Source: Octopus sinensis (lineage: Eukaryota). From it: a stretch of 64,000 nucleotides of DNA. The notes under the pieces were generated by a model, which saw only the letters and a list, made by a program, of their open reading frames with translations, searched no databases and was not told the origin of the DNA. Position 1 is the stretch's first letter, and every line of letters starts with the position of its first letter. The stretch covers positions 80,476,001-80,540,000 of the forward strand of contig NC_042997.1 of assembly GCF_006345805.1 (NCBI RefSeq), given 5' to 3'. Positions 37,213-50,080 of this stretch are shown piece by piece. A program made the translations under genes and the position numbers.

Positions 37213-38470
37213 GGTGCTTTTTACGTGCCACCTGCACAGGTGCCAGAGGGGTCTGGCATCGGCCACGATCAGTTGGAGCCTTTTTATGTGCCACCGGCGC
37301 AGAAGCCAGTCAAGGCGGCGCTGGCATCGGCCACGTTCGGATGGTGCTTTTTATGTGCCACCGGCACAGAAGCCAGTCAGGGCGGTGCTGGCATCGGCCA
37401 CGTTCGGATGGTGCTTTATATGTGTCACCGGCACAGAAGCCATTCGAGGCGGGGTTGGCATCGGTCACGTTCAGATGGTGCTTTTTATGTGCCACCGGCA
37501 CAGAAGCCAGTCGAGGCTGCACTGGCAACGGCCACGTTCGGATGGTGCTTTTTATATGTCACCGGCACAGGTATCACAACTACTGTTTCCATTGATATTT
37601 GGTTCGATGTTCATGTACATGCACTTGACTCAACAGGTCCCCTCAAGCACAGTGAGATGTTCCGGGATCCCACGATCGGTTGGTGCTTTTTATGTGCCAC
37701 CGGCACAGAAGCTAGTCGAGGCGGTGCTGGCGTCGGCCACGCTCGGATGGTGCTTTTTATGTGCCACCGGCACAGAAGCCAGTCGGGGCGGTGCTGGTAT
37801 CGGCCACGTTCGGATGGTGCTGCCACCGGCACAGAAGCCAGTCGAGGCGGTGCTGGCGTCTTCCACGCTCGGATGGTGCTTTTTATGTGCCACCGGCACA
37901 GAAGCCAGTCGCGGCGGTGCTGGCATTGGCCACGTTCGGATGGTGCTTTTTATGTGTCACCGGCACAGGTATCACAACTACTGTTTCCATTAATATTTGG
38001 TTTGATGTTCATGTGCCACTGGCACAGAAGCCATTCGAGGCGGGGTTGGCATCGGTCACGTTCGGATGGTGCTTTTTATGTGCCACCGGCACAGAAGCCA
38101 GTCGAGGCTGCACTGGCAACGGCCACGTTCGGATGGTGCTTTTATGTGCCACCGGCACAGAAGCCAGTCGGGGCGGTGCTGGCATCAGCCACGTTCGGAT
38201 GGTGCTTTTTATGTGCCACTGGCACAGAAGCCAGTCGGGGCGGTGCTGGCATCAGCCACGTTCGGATGGTGCTTTTTATGTCCCACTGGCACAGAAGCCA
38301 TTCGAGGCGGGGTTGGCATCGGTCCACGTTCGGATGGTGCTTTTTGTGTGCCACCGGCACAGAAGCCAGTCGAGGCTGCACTGGCAACGGCCACGTTCGG
38401 ATGGTGCTTTTTATGTGTCACCGGCACAGGTATCACAGCTACTGTTTCCATTGATATTTGGTTCGATGTT
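37213..38470 (-). repeat. Tandem array of about 18 units of ~67 bp with higher-order duplication
   Basis: Unit ggatggtgctttttatgtgccaccggcacagaagcca...ggccacgttc; block ggtatcaca.ctactgtttccatt recurs near 37570, 37968 and 38429. Confidence 0.92.
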
Positions 38471-38501
38471 CATGTATATGCACTTGACTCAACAGGTCTC
38501 C

Positions 38502-39633
38502 TCAAGCACAGCGAGATGTTCCGGGATACAAGGTACTTTGAATGGGCAGGTGGTATGCGGAACTGGTGCCGGAAGCATCCCGGGTCTTAGTAGTCACAGC
38601 ACATCTCCAGAGATCTCGGTCCTTCGCCATTGCCTCAGTGAGGCCCAACGCTCTGAGGTCATGCTTGACTACCTCATCCCATGTCTTCCTGGGTCTACCT
38701 CTCCCCCTGATTCCTTCAACTGTTTGGGAATGGCACTTCTTCACACATCTCTCCTCATCCATCCGCAGTACATGACCATACCATCGCAAGCGTCGCTCTT
38801 GCACACCGCATCTGATGCTTCTTATGGCTAGCATTTCTCTCAGGGTGCTTACACTCTGTCGTGCATTCACACTGACATTACACATCCAGTGGATCATGCT
38901 AGCTTCATTTCTTTCAAGTCTACGCATGTCCTCTGCAGTCACGGCCCATGTTTCACTGCCGTGAAGCATGGCAGTTCGCACACATGCATCATACAATCTA
39001 CCTTTCACTCTGAGTGAGTGACCCTTTGTTGCCAGTAGGGGTAGGAGCTTTCTAAACTTTGCCCAAGCTATTCGTATTCTAGTGGTGACACTCTCTGAGC
39101 ATCCACCCCCACTACTAACTTGGTCACCCAGGTAGCGGAAACTATCAACTACTTCTAGTTTCTCCCCCTGGAGTGTGATGGAATCTGTTTTTTGAGTGTC
39201 TGTGGTGTCTATTGTCCCTGTGCATCTGACGCACATGAAAGCTATCTTATCAGTTAATTTCCCTTTGATGTTGCTGCACCTCTTATGCGTCCATAGCTTA
39301 CACTGGGTGCATCTTATAGAGTTTCTACCTACACCTTTCCTACAGCTCGAGCAGGGCCACCTGCCCGATGGGGTGTGTGCTGAGTTCGCCTTTCTGCATA
39401 CTATAACTTTGGTCTTCGCTACATTTACTCTAAGGCCCTTTGATTCTAACCCTTGTTTCCACACCCAAAATTTCTTTTTTAGTTCCGGTAGTGATTCTGC
39501 TATGAGGGCCAGGTCATCAGCATAGAGGAGCTCCCAGGGGCAACCTGTTTTGAATTCCTCTGTTATTGCCTGGAGGACTATGATGAATAAAAGGGGACTG
39601 AGGGCTGAGCCATGGTGTACACCTACTTCTAAC

Positions 39634-39636
<3 letters not shown>
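38502..39636 (-). CDS. RTE RT C-terminal half, open frame without a true start
   Basis: LSPLLF, LLYADD, C4HC3 finger, FRYLG; the ORF-track start lies beyond the (TA)n and is spurious. Confidence 0.85.
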
Positions 39637-39674
<38 letters not shown>

Positions 39675-42600
39675 CATATCTGCCAATGCTTACAAACAAG
39701 TGATCCTCAGTTAATTCTCTATCTATACAGCTAAGTTATACAAGCTATGTATTCATATACATACAATTCAGATAGGTGTAACAGTACCGGGCACCAAGCA
39801 TATAATTCTATTACAATCAAAAGAACAAGCCAGCTAAAATTATTAACTCTATTTCCCTTACACACCAAGTCTTGAAAAAGAGAAGACACTTTGGATAAAG
39901 CAACTCTACATACCTATTACTTGAGAAAAAGAGAGGATGGCCATGAGTGGAAAACTTTTGATGATAGCTTTACTCAGTGAAAGCTGATTCAGGGCTGAAC
40001 AACAACTATCAGAAGATTGAAATAGATTTGCAAAATTTGCACACGCTTCCATCACATGATCACGAGGAAACAGTAAGGATGACGAAATTTTTTTGTCAAT
40101 AAATAAACTGATATTGAAAACTGAACAATTTAATAAAACTGAATAAAAATTGTTTTGTAAAAATATTCTATGAAATTAAATACATATTCAAAGCAATATA
40201 ATGCACATATATTAGCAATATTATTTATTTAAAGGCAAAAGCAATCATATTAAATAACTATTACTTAATCTAACATAAATATTACATATAAACAGTGCAA
40301 TTTCTGGTATTAATTAGAGAACTAAAGTTTTGAATAAATATTTAAGAAAAACAATAGCGCCATGTTACTTTCCCATGATTAACTGATTAACGCTACTATC
40401 AAGCAGCAAGAAACAACCTTATATATGCTAATAAAGATAAGTTCAAACAAAATTTAATGGATGGGTTTCTCTAATATTATATAATCAACATGTTGAAATA
40501 GAGCAGACTGAACATTTGAGTAATTACAAAGGCAATTTAGATATTTAAACAGTAATTAAAACTCCATATTTCTGTACAAAGCTGTTACATCTACTTGAGT
40601 AAAAACAAAAATTCATAACAATGTAAACTTCAGTTTGAGAATCTGCATAGTTTCATAGACAAAAAAATATTACATAATGTAATTTACCATTTTGTATGCT
40701 TGTTGTATAACATCACACTGTTCTGCACTCAAAATTTGTTCAAGTTATGTATACCTTTCATCCTCCAGAGTTGGTGGTAAAAAAAAATCAATCAGAGAAT
40801 TCAAACTGACATCAACACAAACCCAGAAATCCTTAACCACAAGCTCAGTCAAAAGAAAACAACATTTCAGTGGCAAAATTTTCACAAAAAAATTAACAAA
40901 AAACAAAGAAACAATAGTTTTCAGCACTAAAGAGGAGCCATTCACTTATATCTTCAATTCATAGTACAGAATTACTCAAAATGTTCATTGTATCTTTGTA
41001 CTGTTGCAATGGTAAGGCTAGCAATGTTATGCTGAACATGTATGCATGGAAGTAACGATTTTTAGATACTAAATGACATGATGATTTCATATATTAAACA
41101 TCTCTTCATTCTACAATAAATAGTTAGACAGGAATAGATGAGGCAAGCTCAATCTCCATGAATCAAGAAACTGTCAGTAAAGAAGACCAGGAGTAAATTA
41201 GTTTAACCTCAAAACACTGGAACATGAGATTAATCAATTCCATCATGCCATCAAAGACACCAAAGGTGTATCATTACTGAACATACATAAAATATACATA
41301 AAAAAAAAAAATAAATGAGAATCATTACATATCCATATGAAAATTATGGGAGAAAGCAGTCAATAGGTTTTGGATTTTCGATATTACATTTTATCACCAT
41401 GAACACCATCATCAGCTTTGTAGTGTAGATATAAATCTATTTGCAAAGAAAGAATTTATTTACTTTTTATTTATTTTTATTATTCATTTTTTATTTTATT
41501 TATCAATAAATTTTCTAGTAAGAATATCTTTCAAAATCATATGTACAAATAAATATATCACATTTTATTAAAGAAAACTGCATAAACCCATAAATCTTCA
41601 GTGCTTTCTTTTTCTAGTCTTTATCAAGCAAATTTAAAAATGGAAAACACACACACACACACTGTTGCCTAACATATTCTTGAAATGAATTGTCCTTCTT
41701 TCAGCAGTGAACATCTGACAACTAACTATACTATACTAGATGGAAATATGCAGCCTTTACACATGCAGATGCATATAATTCCTTTTTTTTTTTTCAAAAC
41801 CTAAAGAATCAACTTCTTACATGCATATAATTCCGAAAGTTAAGAAATGCAGTTTCAAAAAAACTGAAAGGATCTTTTAAGAGGATTCATGACAACTATC
41901 ATAAGAATTTTAATGAAGTCAGGTGAGAATTTTAAAAAGTGCTGTAAATTTAATTTTGTATAGCAAGAATGCTACTTAATTTTGAATAATATATTTCATA
42001 ATAGTGACTATGTAATTAAAAAAAAAAGACTTCATGAAGCCAGAAATATATTTAACCTAATTAGGTTAAACTACATTATTTTATTTGATATTTCTAATGC
42101 ACTAATTAACATATAAATGTAAAATTAATGAACTAGCTAACATTTAAAGCCTTCATTAAAATCTTCCAGCAAAAAGGAAAAAGACCATAAAAAGTAAGCT
42201 AAATTATATAATTCCTTATTCCATTTGATTGAGGTAAAAAAAAAAAACTGGAAACCTGTTTCAAAAGTATAAAAGATCAGAAGTATTTAAAATATATATT
42301 GAAAATTCAACTTAGAAGCTTGTCTTGACTTGAAACTATGAACTGCTATTTTTATTTATTTGATTTGTAATTATATCTTTCATATGGAATATTACTTTAT
42401 CAATGTTACTTTACAAAAATTGCAATGCACAAGTCAGTCAAGAAAGCAAAAAACATTGGTACATATATTGGCGTCTGGCGCAGCCTCTCAACTTACCAGC
42501 CTTAGTCAAACTGTCCAATCCATGCCAGCATGGACAATAGACATTAAATGATGATGATGATAAAAGAAAGGTTACAATTATTATATCTACACATTATGGA

Positions 42601-43679
42601 TGAATAAACAATGCATTTTGAATTAAAATGTGTCAGAATTTTGATAGGCAGTTTATTTTAAAGCTCCAAGAAGTGGTTAAGACAGAATAGCAAACCTCAA
42701 AGATGTGATAACACAAGCTTGATGTGCATTTTGTTGTATTACAGTCACAATCAAATGTACAATGATATGGAAAAATGGGTGCTAAAATGATAATGGTCAT
42801 CCTAATTAGAAAATCAACCAATCAAAGAACACTTCAAATTAACATATTGTACAATAAGCTCAGCAGTAAAAGACTGCACTTCATTGTTTGACTGACAATC
42901 TATACTAGGTCATTTTCCTGAAATGGAATCCTATCAATGTTCTATTAATTTTATATTGTTATCCATGATCCAATTCTCTGAAGCACTGAATATATTACAA
43001 TCAGTTAAACCTTGTCAGCAAAAGGTCAGGGTTTTGATTGTCCATGAATAACATTGCAGCTTTCTTTAGAATTTCAGTGTAGCCTGTTTCTTTCACCTTT
43101 TGCAACAGATATCAAACATTCTTTGCTATTTGTAATAATGGTATCATGACTCGGGGAGAATGGTGAATACTTTAGAATACTTTACTGTTTTGTTCCTACA
43201 TTTGTAATTCCATATTCTGTTTTATGGAGATTAGGATTAATGTGTCTCAGAATTATAGGCTCATTGGAAAATCTGATGCAATGCCACTATTCTTCATGAA
43301 GAAAGTAATTCTCTTCAATCTCACTTTCTTTGTAACAACTGAATTCTGTGTTGGATGGCACATGAAATTCCTAGAAAAATATTCTTTGAAAATTTCTAAC
43401 ACCAACTGATATTTAATCTAACTTGTTTTGGGTTGGCAAATACTAAGTTTATAGATTTCTTTTCTTTCTTCTACTCACACCTCAATGATACTGAGAAAGA
43501 GAATATTATATATGTATTTCAGTTAGGCAAGTTGGGCAAAAAAAAGCAATATGCCTTAACCAAGGGATTATAAATGCAGAGAGGATAAGTGGAGAACGGA
43601 GGGTAAAAGAACTAATCGTTTTTATTTTGGCAAATTCTATTACCTGTTTTGTAATACATCTGTGTATAAAATACAACCA

Positions 43680-44095
43680 TAAATATCAAAGATGAAGAGT
43701 GAAAAAGGATAGAGAAATATTTAAGAAGATAGCATACAAAAGATAAGTTGGTGTGTGGGGGGATAATGAGCGGTGCATCAAATGAAAAAAAGGGTAATGC
43801 TAAGGAGAGAAAATAGGAAACAAGGAGAAGGATTTTGAATGATAGAGCAAGAGAATGAAAATAGAAAAGTTAAATGAGAGAGATGGGAGCAAGAAACAGG
43901 AAGGGGAAAGGAAGAGGGGAATAAGGGAAAGAAGACCAAGAAACTAAAGCAGCCACTTAAGGAATCAGGTAGAAAGAGTTAGAGAGGAAGAAGGAAAAAG
44001 AAATAGGAAGAATAAGAGAGACAATATTAGTAATAAAGAGAGAAGTGGTAAACAGGAAGTGAAGGAAACTAAAATTGTGATGGTGAATCTAAAAT
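43680..44095. repeat. Purine-rich (GA) low-complexity tract
   Basis: Strong A/G strand skew. Confidence 0.7.
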
Positions 44096-45411
44096 GAAAG
44101 CGATTATGCAATAATATTGAGTTTTTTCTGCTTCTCAACCCTAACACTTACATAACACATGTTATTGAGTAACATGCAGCACAAGTGACATATACATTTC
44201 AGTTGATATAAATTATTCTAAACAGTCTTGTCATTTCTATTGTGTGTGCATGTGTGTGTTTGAGATAGGAACATTAAAGAGTAATTCAGAATGCTTGCAT
44301 ATGTGAGCATATGGTTGTGCATTTTTTGTGAATGTGATTATTTGTGAGTGTGTCTTGGTGTATGTGTATGGTTTGTCTTTTGTTGATGTATGTACACACT
44401 TGATTGTTTTTTGTAAGTTGGTAAATGGTATTAGACATGCCAAAGAAATAGAAGTAAATAGATGTAAACACTTTCTAGTAAATATTTACAGTCATTCATC
44501 CATCAAATCTATACACATGCATAAGCGCAAACAAAAACCATACACATGTGACAGAAGCCAATAATTTAAAGATATTGCTACTCTTAGTTTAGAAATAAAG
44601 GAAACCAGTTTAAATTTAGTCTGAACATGGACATATCCAGGAATGAGACAGCCATTAACAATCATAGGTCTAACCACCTAAAATGTAATGTAAATGTACA
44701 TAGCAAATATATATTCTAAAGATTAAGTTGATAGGCTAGAAAATATTTTCAACTTCTATGTAACTCACCTCCAGCATAAGTGTGTAGTGAGAATGCTTAT
44801 AAGTCTGTGTGCAAATAAAAATTAACATTAGTTTCAAATCACTTTCACCATGTTAGAGCCTGTTTTTTTTTTTTCTTTCTTCTTTAAATATAACCCTTGT
44901 ATGCAGTTTGACACTGTAGATGAAATTTTCCAAAGTTTTAATTTTGTCTATAATTGTTTGTCTTTCTGACTGTCAAATTGGTACATCAGACTAAGTTGAA
45001 AATTTGCTTCTTTTTTGTTTTTAATGAGAGAGAGAGATGTCTTCTCGGAAATATAAACAAAATGAACTAGGGCTGCTTATCATGAAAATGCATAAACAGA
45101 CACACCACATATACTTTTGGAAAAAGAAACACAATCAAAATAGGAAAAACTCATAGGAACAGAATATTTGTGGAAATAATTGTTAGAGTTTTAATGAACC
45201 ATCTACTAGGAAAAAAAATAACATCTCAGGCTTCTCTCTTTGATGTACAGTAATAATAATTGATACCTCTCTAGGCATATGACTGGGATTAAGGTCAATA
45301 ATGTTAACACACACATATATGTATGTATGTGTGTATGAGAGAGAAAGCAAACAAATTGTAGTTGTTGGTGATTGTGATAATGGTCAGTAATATATCTGAC
45401 AATATGTAAAA

Positions 45412-45414
<3 letters not shown>

Positions 45415-45474
<60 letters not shown>

Positions 45475-45640
45475 GTGTGTGTGTGTGTGTGGTGTGTGTG
45501 TGTGTGTGTGTAAAAAATACAAACTGGGACAGGAACGCAAAACATTTAGAAGACGATACAAAAAACACGGACGGGACATTCGAAGCCTTCAATCTTCAGT
45601 CAAGAACTGGATCATCTTCACAAATATATATATATATGTA
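45415..45640. repeat. (TA)n/(GT)n microsatellites enclosing a CpG-retaining ~110 bp fragment (45512-45624)
   Basis: Visible directly; possibly a Penelope-like terminal fragment. Confidence 0.55.
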
Positions 45641-45848
45641 TGTTTGTGTTTGTGCGCACCCCCCACCCCCACATCGCTTGGCATCGATGCTGGTGTGTTT
45701 ACGTTCCCATAACTTAGCGGTTTGGAAAAAGAGACCAATAGAATAAGTACTAGGCTTTCAAAGAACAAGTCCCGAGGTCGATTTGCTTGACTAAAAGGTG
45801 GTGCTCCAGCATGGCCACAGTCACATGACTGAAACAAGTAAAAGAGTA
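45640..45848 (+). mobile_element. 3' half of tRNA SINE
   Basis: Matches 48495-48695. Confidence 0.85.
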
Positions 45849-46697
45849 TATATTTTTACAAAAGGAAAACAATATTTGTTCCCAGCTGAAATAATTGCTT
45901 AAAATTTTTACCAGAATGGCTGTAAAAACTACACTAAATTCTGAGTGTATAACAATTTTATCTAACACTAAACCGTATTTAGAAGCACTTGATCATAGCA
46001 GGAGGTGATTTTTCTTCTTCCTTTTTCTCTTTTTATTTTCATTTAATGCATTAAGCTCAACTTAGCTTAGTTATTAATGGAAAGTAAATATATGTGATAG
46101 AAATGCTGACCAAGTGTAGTGAAATATTTATTCAATATTAGCAATAAATGCATACTGATGAAAATGAAAATATTTTCATTAAATTGCTAGTCTTGATCAA
46201 ATCATGTCATATATTGAACAAGCTACATTCTTAATTCGTATCCTTCTCCTCGTTAAGGATGATTTCCTAAAACTGTCAGTCTTAAAAGCTTTCACAAATA
46301 TCAGAACATTTTCCAAGCAATGCTTGGAATTTCTCATGTTGCCCCTAAATCCAATTTCAACAAATTATGTACAATATTTGTTCTTTTGTATGTGCTGTGC
46401 GTTTTTGATATACAGGGGTAAGAAAAAACAACAAATTCTTGGAAAAAAATGTAAAGAAACATATTTACAAGTAGTTTATTTAACAACTGTAACAAACACA
46501 TCAATGTATATATAGGTGTGGTGATGTGGTAAGAAGCTTGCTTCCCAACCACATGGTTCCAGGTTCAGTCCTACTGCGTGGCACCTTGAGCAAGTGTCTT
46601 CTATTATAGCCTCAGGCCAACCAAAGTCTTGTGGGTGAATTTAGTAGATGGAAACTGAAAGAGCCCACCATGTGTGTGTGTATGTATATATCTATAT

Positions 46698-48331
46698 CAT
46701 CATCGTTTAACATCCGTTTTCCGTGCTAGCACGGGTTGGACGGTTCGGCCAGGGCCTGGGAAGCCAGGCGGCTGCACCAGGCTCCAGTCTGATCTGGCAG
46801 TGTTTCTATAGCTGGATGCCCTTCCTAATGCCAACCACTCCGTGAGTGTAGTGGGTGCTTTTCACGTGCCACTGGCGCAGGCGCCAGGGGAGGCTGGCAG
46901 CGGCCACGATTGGTTGGTGCTTTTTACGTGCCACTGGCACAGAAGCCAGTCAAGGCGGTGCTGGCATTGGCCACGTTCAGATGGTGCTTTTTATGTGCCA
47001 CTGGCACAGGTATCACAACTACTATTTCCATTTGATATTTATTTCGATGTTCATGTACTTGACTCAACAGGTCTCCTCAAGCACAGCAGGTCGTTCTGCA
47101 ATCCAAGGTACTTTGAATGGGCTGGGGATATGCGAAACTGGTGCAGGAAGCAGCCCAAGTCTTTGCAGTCACAGCATATCTCCAGAGATCTCGGTCCTTC
47201 GGCATTGCCTCTGTGAGGCCCAACGCTCGGAGGTCATGCTTGAGTACCTCATCCTATGTCTTCCTGGGTCTACCTCTCCCCCTGATACCTTCAACTGTTT
47301 GGGAGTGGCGTTTCTTCACACATCTCTCCTCATCCATCCACAGTACATGACCATACCATCACAAGCGTCTCTCTTGCACACCACATCTGATGCTTCTTAT
47401 GTTCAGCATTTCCCTCAGGGTGCTTACACTCTGTTGTGTGTGCACACTGACATTACACATCCAGCGGAATATGTTAGCTTCATTTCTTTCAAGTCTATGC
47501 ATGTCCTCTGCAGTCATGGCCCATGTTTCACTACCGTGAAGCATGGCAGTTCGCACACATGCATCATACAATCTACCTTTCACTCTGAGCGAGAGACCCT
47601 TTGTCGCCAGTAGGGGTAGGAGCTTTTTAAACTTTGCCCAGGCTATTCGTATTCTAGTGGTGACACTCTCTGAGCATCCACCTCCACTACTAACTTGGTC
47701 ACCTAGGTAGCAGAAACTATCAACTACATCTAGTTTCTCCCGAAGGAGTGTGATGGAATCTGTTTTCTGAGTATCTGTGGTGTCTATTGTCCCTCTGCAT
47801 CTGCCGCACTTGAAAGCTATCTTATCAGTTAATTTCCCTTTGATGTTGCTGTACCTCTTATGCGTCCATAGCTTACACTGGGTACAAATTATGGAGTTTC
47901 TACCTACACCTTTCCTACAGATCGAGCAGGACCACCTGCCCAAGGGTGTGTGTGATGAGTTCGCCTTTCTGCTTACTATAACTTTGGTCTTTGCTACATT
48001 TACTCTAAGGCCCTTTGATTCTAAACCTTGCTTCCACACCTGAAATTTCTTTTCTAGTTCCGGTTGTGATTCTGTTCCGGAGAGCTGGCAGAAACATTAG
48101 CACGCCAGGCGAAATGCGTAGCCATATTTCGTCTGCCATTACATTCTGAGTTCAAATTCCGCCGAGGTCGACTTTGCCTTTCATCCTTTCGGGATCGATA
48201 AATTAAGTACCAGTTATGTACCAGTTAATCGACTTAATGCATTTGTCTGTCCTTGTTTGACCCCTCTGTGTTTAGCCCCTTGTGGGTAGTAAAGAAATAG
48301 GGAGTGATTCTGCTATGAGGGCCAGGTCATC
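46698..48331 (-). mobile_element. 5'-truncated RTE (subfamily B), 3 array units, disrupted RT C-terminus
   Basis: Homologous to 37046-39520; ORF 47359-48039 ends at a premature stop. Confidence 0.93.
48076..48303 (+). mobile_element. Young Nin-like tRNA SINE inserted in the RTE
   Basis: 9 bp TSD gtgattctg at 48067-48075 and 48304-48312; same family as the 5297 cluster. Confidence 0.88.
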
Positions 48332-48368
48332 TATATATAAATACATACATATATATATATATATATAT

Positions 48369-48417
48369 CATCATCATTTAGCGTCCGCTTTCCATGCTAG
48401 CATGGGTTGGACGGGTC
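48369..48417 (-). mobile_element. ~50 bp RTE 3' tip inside (TA)n
   Basis: catcatcatttagcgtccgctttccatgctagcatgggttggacgg flanked by TA repeats. Confidence 0.85.
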
Positions 48418-48426
48418 ATATATATA

Positions 48427-48474
<48 letters not shown>

Positions 48475-49839
48475 TATATATATCTATGCATATGCTTGTG
48501 TGTCTGTGTTTGTCCCCCAACCATCACTTGACAACTGATGTTGGTGTATTTACACTCCCGTAACTTAGAGGTTTGGCAAAAGAGACCAATAGAATAAGTA
48601 CAAGGCTTACAAAGAATGTCTTAGGGTCAATTTGTTTGACTAAAGGCATGCTCCAGCATGGCTACAGTCAAAAGACTGAAACATATAAAAGAATATATAT
48701 ATAGGCTAAGATTCTGCATGAGTCTGATGTAAATCAATGATATTAAAGATCAATATAGTATTTGTCCTACTTATGGATAGTGTCCAGTCTTTAGCCATAC
48801 ATTTTCAAGTAGAATGCTAATCAAATATCCAAGTGATCATATGATATTTACACAAAGGTACATATTTCTTTTCCATAAGACTACACTAAATCTTCATACA
48901 ACAGAAATCTACAATTCATGGAACATTAGCAACAGTGATTAATATGATGTAATAAAAGATATTTGACATGTTCTAGGTTTGTTTATGTTGGCTTCTTTTG
49001 AAATAAAGATAATTTTGAGAGAGAGAAAGAAGAGAGGGAGAAAGATAGGGAGTGAGAGAGAGAGAGAGAGATAGTGCAAATAGACAAAGAGTAGAAGAGA
49101 GTGAAAAAGAAAATTTCTAGCAAATATGTTATTTTAATGAGATCATCTTTTTTAAGATTAAAAATAGAAATGGATTGACTTGTATATGAAATTTTTTTTT
49201 ATCAACATTAAAATATGTTGTTAAAACTAGACTTGATCAATAAATATAAATAAGGAGTAGGAGACACTTCTAAATAATAGAAAAATAAATGACAAAGTTA
49301 AGGTAAACTCTATAAGAAACTTAAAAATATAGTAAAATACTGAAAAAAAAAACAAACAGATGCACTCACTGTAAACAATTCTACACAAACCTTACCAATA
49401 AATCAGTTACTATGCAGCTACTTCATTTACTAGATATAGCAACCTATATCCCTCAAATCTCACTTAAAAGGAAAAAAAGATAGGGGAGGTTCATGGTTGG
49501 ACTACTTTTGATTGCAGGTCTAGGTGATCAGCACAGGCCTGGGAACTAAACAGCAGCAGCAAAGAAATATCTTGTAGGCCAAACTTCTAACATTAATACC
49601 AGTAGCCAACAGCATACGACATAAAATTAAGCTCTTTTAAAATATCTTGATGTGCAAAATTAAAAATAAGAATATGATTTTAAAGAGTTGTTTTAAATTC
49701 AACAACAGCAATAATAATGTATCAGTTAAAAAATGTGCTCATCATTCTAACTGTGATTTAATTAATAGCAAATGCTGTGCAATAATTTATGTAAAGACAT
49801 CCAATAAAGTCATGTATAAATATTGCTATGAATTTTAGC

Positions 49840-50080
49840 ACAAAGGGGAAGGCTGTTAGTCAATTACATTGACCCAAGTACTTGACTGGTTCTTCATTTA
49901 ATTGAACCCAAAGGATGAAAGGCAAAGCTGACCATGGCAAGGGCATCCAGCTGTAGAAACCAAGCCAGATCAGACTGGAATCCAGGGCAGCTCTTCTGCT
50001 TGCCAGCTCTGATCAAACCACTCAACCCATACCAGTATAGAAAATGGACATTAAAGGAAGATGATGATGGCAATGATGAC
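49840..50080. mobile_element. Minus-strand Nin-like SINE fragment joined to a plus-strand RTE 3' end
   Basis: 'aaggatgaaaggcaaag.tgac' followed by 'aagggcatccagctgtagaaac...gatgatgatg'. Confidence 0.65.

Larger units (their letters stand above)
37046..39636 (-). mobile_element. Young 5'-truncated RTE LINE (subfamily B) with expanded 3' UTR array
   Basis: (ATG)n tail, 18-unit array, RT C-terminal half, 5' junction at (TA)n; ggatat at both ends. Confidence 0.95.
46515..48695 (+). mobile_element. tRNA SINE split at its internal microsatellite (5' half 46515-46690, 3' half 48495-48695)
   Basis: The two halves are collinear with intact minus-strand copies at 63232-63606 and 20512-20880. Confidence 0.85.

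Noticed and set aside
37213-38470. CRISPR array or RT-associated spacer-acquisition system
   Set aside because: The variable parts are mutated copies of each other, there are no cas genes, and the array is the 3' UTR of a eukaryotic LINE
37096-38831. Long plus-strand ORFs (452, 356 and 259 aa)
   Set aside because: Antisense read-through of a stop-poor GC-rich tandem repeat
42880-43480. Possible decayed coding relic
   Set aside because: No motif could be assigned by eye
45560-45612. Minus-strand CTGAAGA...GAA hammerhead
   Set aside because: Stems and cleavage triplet cannot be formed
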